From Methanothrix sp. (GTDB lineage Archaea > Halobacteriota > Methanosarcinia > Methanotrichales > Methanotrichaceae): a stretch of 36,310 nt of DNA. The translations under genes and the position numbers were made by a program. The stretch spans positions 1 to 36,310 of the forward strand of contig JAXGJB010000029.1 in the NCBI GenBank assembly GCA_040770465.1, in the 5' to 3' direction. Shown here in pieces: positions 28,121-36,310 of the stretch; the stretch's first letter is position 1; each line of letters begins with the position of its first letter. A model generated the notes under the pieces. It had not been told where the DNA came from and did not search any database. It saw only the letters and a list, made by a program, of their open reading frames with translations.

Positions 28121-28882
28121 ATGTGGACCCTACCCGACCCTGGTGATTTTGTGAGGGTCGGAAGGTTCATCAGGGCGGAGACGATCCCCGAGGCGTGGCG
28201 GCGGGGCCTCAACCTCATCTGGCGCGGGGGCGAGGAGATCACCGACGAGCGGGGGATCAGGACCCGGGAGGTTCTCGCCCTGGAGGTGGTGGTGGAGGAC
28301 CCGAGGAGGGATATGATCCCCGATGAGTACTCCTGGAACCGGCCGAGGCTCGAGGACTACGCGGAGCAGCTGATCAGCGGTGAGAACCCAGGCTTTGAGT
28401 ACACCTACGGGGAGCGGCTCCGGGCCTGGTCGCTGCCTTGCACTGTGAAGGAAGAAGAGGCCGATCTGCATCGACGTGGCGATGAGGAGTGGAGCGACGA
28501 TGAAGGCGCAGGAGGTCCCGTCGACCAGATCGATTACGTTGTCCGCCGCCTTCTGGCGAACAAGAACTCGCGGAGGGCATCGGCGGTCACCTGGATCCCG
28601 CCCGTCGATACGAAGAAGGAGGAGGTTCCCTGCATGATGGTCGACGACTTCAAAATAAGGGAAGGCCGGCTCCACCTGACGACCCTATTTCGGAGCCACG
28701 ACTTCGCTGGCGCCTACCCCGCAAACCTCTACGGCCTCACGAGGCTCCTCGAATACGTGGCGGAGAGGGTAGGAGCGGAGCCCGGCTCGATCACGACCGT
28801 CAGCTGCTCGGCCCACATCTACGACCACGACTGGGACTGGGTGGCCGAGATGGTGGCGGGCCGGTCCGAGGAGGAGATCTGA
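28121..28882 (+). CDS. thyA: Archaeal thymidylate synthase (ThyA family)
   Basis: GFEYTYGERL, VDQI, SRRA, EVPCMM, FRSHD, YPANL, SAHIY. Start ATG 28121 or GTG 28151. Confidence 0.9.
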   Translation: MWTLPDPGDFVRVGRFIRAETIPEAWRRGLNLIWRGGEEITDERGIRTREVLALEVVVEDPRRDMIPDEYSWNRPRLEDYAEQLISGENPGFEYTYGERLRAWSLPCTVKEEEADLHRRGDEEWSDDEGAGGPVDQIDYVVRRLLANKNSRRASAVTWIPPVDTKKEEVPCMMVDDFKIREGRLHLTTLFRSHDFAGAYPANLYGLTRLLEYVAERVGAEPGSITTVSCSAHIYDHDWDWVAEMVAGRSEEEI

Positions 28883-28895
28883 AAAAGAGGCAGGA

Positions 28896-28912
28896 GGGGG
28901 GGATAGCCCCCC
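28896..28912. terminator. G/C hairpin between the convergent thyA and sod genes
   Basis: GGGGGGG-ATAG-CCCCCC. Confidence 0.4.
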
Positions 28913-28939
28913 AGAAATGGCCATTCTGCAGCGAAACGG

Positions 28940-29551
28940 CTATTTTATTATCGCCTCTAGCCTCCGGTTCACCTCGTCCCAGTTTACGATCTTCCAGAAG
29001 GCCTCCACAAACTTTCCCCGCTCGTTCTTGTAGTCCAGGTAGTAGGCGTGCTCCCAGACGTCCAGGACCATGAGGATCCGGAACATCGGGTAGACGTTGA
29101 CGTTGTGCTTCTCGATCTGCATGATGACGGGCCGTTTCGTCATGCCGCACCAGGCGAGGGCAGCCCAGCCCGAGCCCTCGGTGCTCGCGGCGGCGGCCGT
29201 GAACTCCTTTTTGAACCGATCGATGGAGCCGAACTCTCTCTTCAGGGCGTCGGCCAGGGCGCCTTTCGGCTCACCGCTCTTTTCGGCGGGGGCGAGGTTC
29301 GACCAGAAGAGGCTGTGAAGGACGTGTCCACCCGCCTGGAAGGAGAGCTCCTTCAGCGTCGCCTTCATGTCCAGGTCGGCTTCCGCCTCCCGGGCCTTGT
29401 CCAGCCTCTCCAGGATGGCGTTGGCGCCGTTGACGTAGGCGGCATGATGCTTGTCGTGATGCAGTCGGAGCTGGGCCTCGGAGATGTGAGGCTCCAGGGC
29501 GTCGTAGCCGTAGGGCAGCTCTGGAAGGGTGTAAAATGTCTTCTCAATCAT
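28940..29551 (-). CDS. sod: Fe/Mn superoxide dismutase
   Basis: [41 protein letters not shown]. Confidence 0.97.
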   Translation of the reverse strand: MIEKTFYTLPELPYGYDALEPHISEAQLRLHHDKHHAAYVNGANAILERLDKAREAEADLDMKATLKELSFQAGGHVLHSLFWSNLAPAEKSGEPKGALADALKREFGSIDRFKKEFTAAAASTEGSGWAALAWCGMTKRPVIMQIEKHNVNVYPMFRILMVLDVWEHAYYLDYKNERGKFVEAFWKIVNWDEVNRRLEAIIK

Positions 29552-29579
29552 GGTGATATCTCCTTGAATGATTTGAATC

Positions 29580-29680
29580 AGGTTCGGAGTCCGGAGTCAA
29601 GGTTTAGGGTCCGGAGTCGGATTCGGAGTCCGAAATCAGGTTTTAGAGTCTTGAGTCAGTAAGAGTCGGATTCGAAGATC
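29580..29680. repeat. Degenerate short tandem repeat (CGGAGT/GAGTC units)
   Basis: ggttcggagtccggagtc...gtccggagtcggattcggagtcc...gagtcttgagtc...gagtcggattcg. Confidence 0.65.
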
Positions 29681-29738
29681 CTCGATGGTCCGGGAAGGCC
29701 GGAGGAAGCGTCGGCCGATCCCGGATATCTTCAGAAGC

Positions 29739-30038
29739 TCAGTAGTTCACCGATTCGATCTTCTCCCCTCTCGGCACTATCGAATAGTCGGGATTGCCGG
29801 AGGGTTTCATCTCCGTCCGCTTCCCCATGGCCTTGAACTTCTCCATATGCTCTCTCGCCATATCCAAATTGTCGTCATGAACGGTGTGGACCACGTAAGC
29901 CTCCTTCCGGCCCTCATCGTAGTAGAGCTCATGTCCAGACCATCCGTTGCTCTTCCGGATCTCCATCCGATCGTCGAACTTTCGCCTCCAGGCGGGAAAG
30001 TCCTCAACCTTGTGTCTTACAACCCCAATTTTCGCCAT
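29739..30038 (-). CDS. Small hypothetical protein, possible dimeric alpha/beta-barrel (ABM/cyclase-like)
   Basis: MAKIGVVRHKVEDFPAWRRKFD N-terminus; GGTGA SD upstream; co-oriented between katG and sod. Confidence 0.65.
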   Translation of the reverse strand: MAKIGVVRHKVEDFPAWRRKFDDRMEIRKSNGWSGHELYYDEGRKEAYVVHTVHDDNLDMAREHMEKFKAMGKRTEMKPSGNPDYSIVPRGEKIESVNY

Positions 30039-30230
30039 ATTCTCACCATCGATGATTATAGATGCTGCCACGCGAAGTGCTTTTGCTTTTCTGACAACGT
30101 CGAGATTATTTCTCCAGGCTCAACCGGCAGGGCCACAGTTCAGCGGACGGCGTATCGCCGCCCGCCGAACCGGTCGTCGGCCGACTGTTCTGCCGCTCCG
30201 TCAGAAGCCCCGCGAAGGGTTATGCCGCGG

Positions 30231-32489
<2,259 letters not shown>

Positions 32490-32584
32490 TCATCAGGCTG
32501 CTCCAGGATGGCGGGGCCACAGCTCCCGACCTTCAATGGATTGTCGCCGTCGGCCTGCCTGGTTTGATCACCCGCAGATGGGGG

Positions 32585-33253
32585 TCACAGTTTCTTGTGG
32601 CAGAACCACCAGTCCTCGCAGACCATGTCTTTGCCCGTCTTCCTGGTGGCCGCGGTCTTCTCGTCGGCGGGCGGGGGTATGATCACCTCGTCGCCGAAGA
32701 GGTCGTTCTTCGGCCAGTTGGCGGGCAGGGCCACCTTGTTTTTGTCGGAGATCTGGAGGGCCTTGACGACTCTCAGAACCTCGTCCATGTTCCGGCCGAT
32801 CTCCTGGGGGTAGTAGAGCATCAGCCTCATGACCCCGTTCGGGTCCACCACGAATACAGCCCTGACGGTGTTGGTCCCCTTTCCCGGGTGGATCATGCCG
32901 AGCTTTGTTGCGACGGAGCCGGTGTCGGCGATGATGGGGAAGGTGATCTCCACCTTCATCTTCTCCTTGATCCACTCAGTCCACTTCATGTGGGAGTGGA
33001 CCTGGTCGATGGACAGTCCGACGAGGGCGCAGTTCAGGTCGTCGAACTCCTTTTTCATCTTCTGGAAGGCTATGAACTCGGTGGTGCAGACCGGGGTGAA
33101 GTCTCCGGGATGGCTGAAGAGGACGAACCACTTTCCCGAGAGGTCGTTGGGGATCTTCATCCTGCCGTGGGTGGTCGCAACCTCCATCTCGGGAACTTTG
33201 TCTCCCAGGAGAGGGATTCCCTGCGCTGCTTCCTGCTCGATATGATGTGTCAT
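32585..33253 (-). CDS. Peroxiredoxin (Prx6/archaeal TDXH type)
   Basis: [38 protein letters not shown]. Start ATG 33253 (33343 possible). Confidence 0.93.
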   Translation of the reverse strand: MTHHIEQEAAQGIPLLGDKVPEMEVATTHGRMKIPNDLSGKWFVLFSHPGDFTPVCTTEFIAFQKMKKEFDDLNCALVGLSIDQVHSHMKWTEWIKEKMKVEITFPIIADTGSVATKLGMIHPGKGTNTVRAVFVVDPNGVMRLMLYYPQEIGRNMDEVLRVVKALQISDKNKVALPANWPKNDLFGDEVIIPPPADEKTAATRKTGKDMVCEDWWFCHKKL

Positions 33254-33398
33254 TTTTGATTTCTCCTCTTTCTCCTCTTCTTTCTTCTCATTTGCTGGGC
33301 TTGATTTGTCGGTCACGCACATGTCAATCTTCCTCGCGGCCATGATTCAGGCTGAAAGCCCTTCAATTCTTATTTATGCATAGCTTTATTTAAGACTA

Positions 33399-33414
33399 AT
33401 TATCACCTGATAAT
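33399..33414. promoter_or_regulatory. Perfect inverted repeat ATTATCA-CC-TGATAAT, candidate Fur/PerR operator
   Basis: Fur-box-like TGATAAT half-sites 4 nt upstream of the regulator ATG, in the divergent promoter region. Confidence 0.45.
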
Positions 33415-33418
33415 CACT

Positions 33419-33889
33419 ATGCCAGACCTGGACGATCCGGAGACGACGATAATCAAGACGTTCCGAAACAGCGGGTACAGAGCCACACCCCAGAGAATCG
33501 CCATCAGCAGGTATATCCTCAGCAATAATGAGCATCCAACAGCGCAGAAGACTTATCTGGAAGTCAGGAAGACCCATCCAACGGTCAGCCTCTCCACAGT
33601 TTATAATACAATTAAAATATTAAAAGAAACGGGTCTGGTTCTGGAGTTGAACCTGCCACAGGGCGAAACCAGGTTTGATCCTTTCATCGAGCCTCATGCC
33701 CACCTGCTCTGCCAGCAATGCGGAGGCATCAGCGATTGGGTGGACCCGATGATGCCGGAACTGATAGCAAAAGCCTCTGTTGATGCGAATTTTGTCGTGA
33801 CCGAATCGGTCTTTGAGCTGAAGGGCGTCTGCAAGGGCTGCAGAAAGAAGGGCGAAACCGCTCCAACCAAGGCCGCGGCCAGCGAGTGA
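33419..33889 (+). CDS. perR: Fur-family regulator, PerR-like
   Basis: RATPQRIAI, EHPTA, VSLSTVYNT, RFD...HAHLLCQQCG-ISD (Asp as in PerR), C-terminal CKGC; divergent from prx/katG. Confidence 0.8.
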   Translation: MPDLDDPETTIIKTFRNSGYRATPQRIAISRYILSNNEHPTAQKTYLEVRKTHPTVSLSTVYNTIKILKETGLVLELNLPQGETRFDPFIEPHAHLLCQQCGGISDWVDPMMPELIAKASVDANFVVTESVFELKGVCKGCRKKGETAPTKAAASE

Positions 33890-33896
33890 TCGCGAG

Positions 33897-33947
33897 GACG
33901 GACAGACGGACAGACGGACAGACGGATAAGACGGATAAGACGGATAA
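33897..33947. repeat. Microsatellite (GACGGACA)n/(GACGGATAA)n
   Basis: gacggacagacggacagacggacagacggataagacggataagacggataa. Confidence 0.9.
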
Positions 33948-34117
33948 TATGATCCCCTTCAACGAGCGCCTTTTTCGTCTTTAAATGCGATCTTTAAATG
34001 CGATATTCTCTCAGGAAACTATATGTATCCTCAAATCCACTCCTCCTCCGAATGATAATGCGCAGCCTGAGGACGGGCTGGCGTAGTTATTATATTTAAA
34101 ATAAAGGGGAAATATAA

Positions 34118-34630
34118 TTGAAAATATCGGTATTCGTAGATGGCGCGAACGTCTTTTACATGCAGAAAGATGAGCTTAAGTGGTGGATAAACTTCGAGAA
34201 GCTCCTCAGGTGGATCGAGAACAGGACCGGCGGCGAGATCATCGACGCTTACTACTACGTCGGGGAGGAGAACCCGCCAGACACCAGGCAGCAGGGGTTC
34301 CTGACCGCCCTCGCGGACATCGGCTATTCGATCATCACCAAGGAGCTGAAGATCATCGTCCTCGACGACGGCCGGGAGATCAGGAAGGCGAACCTGGACA
34401 TCGAGATCGTCCTGGACATGTTCAACACCATCGAGAACTACGACATGGCGATCCTGGTCAGCGGCGACGGCGACTTCGAGCGGCCTCTCAAGCTCCTTCG
34501 GGCGAGGGGGAAGCGGTTCATGGTCATGTCCACGAAGCGGTTCATCGCCCGGGAGCTTCGCGAGGTGGCGGGGATGCACTTCATCGACTTCGAGGACATA
34601 AGAGGCGAGGTCCAGAAGGACGTCCTCTGA
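34118..34630 (+). CDS. NYN-domain (LabA/DUF88, PIN-like) protein
   Basis: VFVDGAN, KANLDIEIVLDM, LVSGDGDFE, LRARGK. Confidence 0.9.
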   Translation: MKISVFVDGANVFYMQKDELKWWINFEKLLRWIENRTGGEIIDAYYYVGEENPPDTRQQGFLTALADIGYSIITKELKIIVLDDGREIRKANLDIEIVLDMFNTIENYDMAILVSGDGDFERPLKLLRARGKRFMVMSTKRFIARELREVAGMHFIDFEDIRGEVQKDVL

Positions 34631-34676
34631 CCTCTTCTTTCCTTTTATGTTTTTTGTCCTTTGTTTTTATCTTTTC
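34631..34676 (+). terminator. T-rich terminator tract
   Basis: Several oligo-T runs immediately after the NYN stop codon. Confidence 0.55.
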
Positions 34677-34882
34677 ACAAATCCGTCTGTGGCTGGCGGA
34701 ACTAGGCAATCTAAAAATTGTAGGTGAACTCCTGTGGCGAGGACTTAGTATAATTAATTTTTATCGTATACCCCGCAGCTCTGTTGCGGGGTGTGCAGCC
34801 GCAACATGACTAATACATATGTCCGCAACTCAAATTTGTTCCGAAAATTTAATATAAATGCGTATCATCCAGTACTGATGAT

Positions 34883-35803
34883 ATGGCTAGAAAGGGGCGA
34901 GAGCTGGAAGAACTTATAGCAAATTTTGAAAGACTTTTGGGCCCGAAAGGAATCAGTGTAACATCACCAGATTTTATACCTGATAAAGATACTGGAGAAC
35001 TACGGGAAGTCGATATTTCGCTCCGGAGTCAGATCGGATCTGCCGAACTTCTAGTAATAGTAGAATGTAGAGATTATAGTCATAAAACTCAAGATGTTAA
35101 ATGGATTGAGGAGTTAGCTGCAAAGAGAGAAAGCGTCGGCGCTGATAGAGTGCTAGCAGTATCTTCAACAGGATTCACAGATCCTGCAACAAGAAAAGCA
35201 GAAATGAAGAATATCACATTAAGAAGAATGTCTGAATTAGACTACCAAGAGATTTCCCATTGGTTTAGTTTTAAGGAGATTAATTTTATAAGACATAAGT
35301 TTAATATAGACAGAACCGAACTAAAAACGCCTGATATAACAATGTCCAATGAATTTAGGATAAAGGACATGACACAATATACAAAAATATTCAAAAATAA
35401 AGATGGTAAAAAGCTGTCTATTCGCGACTTATTATATATTAAGTTATCGGGAGTTGAAGCAAAACATGTATGGGATAGCGTTCCACAAGATGGAACAAAA
35501 GTGAAACGCATAATATTGTTAGATTTTAAAGGCAAAGATAACATCAAAATCGAGACTAATTCTGGAGATATTGGTATACTTCAAGCTAAAAATTATGTGA
35601 CATTATGGGCTGAACATCATAAGATCCCAGTCTCTCCGATCAAATCATATTTAGACGAAAAAGGTAATTTATTAGCTTGTGAAGGACGTTTCGAGTTAGA
35701 GTCGCCAGACGGAACATTGACTTTCGATATTAAAAGGGCAGGGAGCCAGGTATTCCTGGGTGCTAAAGTTGAAACAGATACAAATAATCAGTCGAAACCA
35801 TAG
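34883..35803 (+). CDS. Mrr-like (type IV-related) restriction endonuclease with an unknown C-terminal domain
   Basis: N-terminal GRELEELI...REVDI...IVECRDY...WIEEL...VSSTGFTDPA (Mrr_cat-like pattern); strongly AT-rich. Confidence 0.72.
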   Translation: MARKGRELEELIANFERLLGPKGISVTSPDFIPDKDTGELREVDISLRSQIGSAELLVIVECRDYSHKTQDVKWIEELAAKRESVGADRVLAVSSTGFTDPATRKAEMKNITLRRMSELDYQEISHWFSFKEINFIRHKFNIDRTELKTPDITMSNEFRIKDMTQYTKIFKNKDGKKLSIRDLLYIKLSGVEAKHVWDSVPQDGTKVKRIILLDFKGKDNIKIETNSGDIGILQAKNYVTLWAEHHKIPVSPIKSYLDEKGNLLACEGRFELESPDGTLTFDIKRAGSQVFLGAKVETDTNNQSKP

Positions 35804-35980
35804 TTGGTCTAGTTTGTTTAGTAGAGAAATTAACACCTAAAGCCCCTGCTTCCAGCTTTCGGACCTTCTCCGCGGCTGCCACTCGATTCATCGAATGAAA
35901 AATATGGAATCTGAGGGAGACAGGAGTGCCTCACGCTATCCCCTCATCTGGAAGGTTGAAGCCCTTGGAAGTGGTGGGCT

Positions 35981-36119
35981 TCACCGAACCCCTAGCGCCT
36001 CCGCCTTCAGCTTTCGGTCCCTCGTGGCGGCAGCCTATCGAGTCACAAAGCCTCTATCTGCGCTGCATCCCACAGGTTCTCGGCCTCTCCTCCAGCCTTG
36101 CCGCCTCCCTCGCTGCCAT
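35981..36119 (-). pseudogene. Frameshifted remnant resembling the C-terminal half of a PIN/VapC protein
   Basis: Joining frames gives MAAREAARLEE / EAENLWDAAQIEAL* / AATRDRKLKAEALGVR*, resembling the PIN 'DA...T.D..L' motifs. Confidence 0.4.
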
Positions 36120-36248
36120 TTAGCCAAGCCCGATCCTCTCGGCGGCCCTCCGCCCGACCTCCGCCGGATCGGCCTTGTGCCTCGCGACCCCTGACTCGAT
36201 GGCCGCCCTCGCCACCGCCTCGGCGACCCTCGGCACCACCCGCCGCCC
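36120..36248 (-). pseudogene. C-terminal fragment of an NAD(P)-dependent malic enzyme
   Basis: RRVVPRVAEAVARAAIESGVAR...* matches the malic-enzyme C-terminal helix; similarity is lost upstream of 36248. Confidence 0.6.
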
Positions 36249-36310
36249 GGAGTTTTCTGCCCTCCAGAGAATTGAACCGTTATGAGCCGAAAGGCGGATC
36301 GAGCCTGGGG

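Noticed and set aside
36279-36299. Hammerhead-ribozyme-like GTTATGA-GCCGAAAGGC-GGAT
   Set aside because: The core differs from CUGANGA...GAAA at several essential positions and no stems I/III were found; only a GNRA hairpin is supported.

Overview
GC-rich archaeal chromosomal window from a methanogen. Gene content and codon style suggest a Methanothrix/Methanosarcinales-type organism (inference, not verified). It contains the replication origin: cdc6/orc1 (16419-17639) next to an AT-rich tract flanked by inverted ORB boxes (about 17706-18288), plus two more ORB boxes at 19630 and 20594. Housekeeping genes include PolD small subunit DP1, signal peptidase I, fibrillarin, NikR, TrmO, RaSEA, thioredoxin reductase, tRNA-Gly(GCC), thymidylate synthase and an Hjc-like nuclease. 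There is an anaerobic cobalamin operon (cbiT-L-F-G-H-C-D-E) and an oxidative-stress cluster (PerR-like regulator divergent from peroxiredoxin, katG, a small unknown gene and SOD). AT-rich, probably acquired, defence-type genes are a DpnII-family nuclease with a beta-class methyltransferase, a stand-alone DUF4062 (TIR/NDT-like) gene and an Mrr-like nuclease next to an NYN gene. Two gene remnants lie at the right edge. Most notable observations: three ORB pairs each spaced exactly 28 bp, two distal ORBs that bracket an Ada-Zn-domain membrane protein gene, a probable ATA start for cbiG, and a 10-codon duplicated leader ORF coupled to cbiE. No CRISPR array or intact mobile element was seen. All family calls come from motif recognition by eye; no database search was run.
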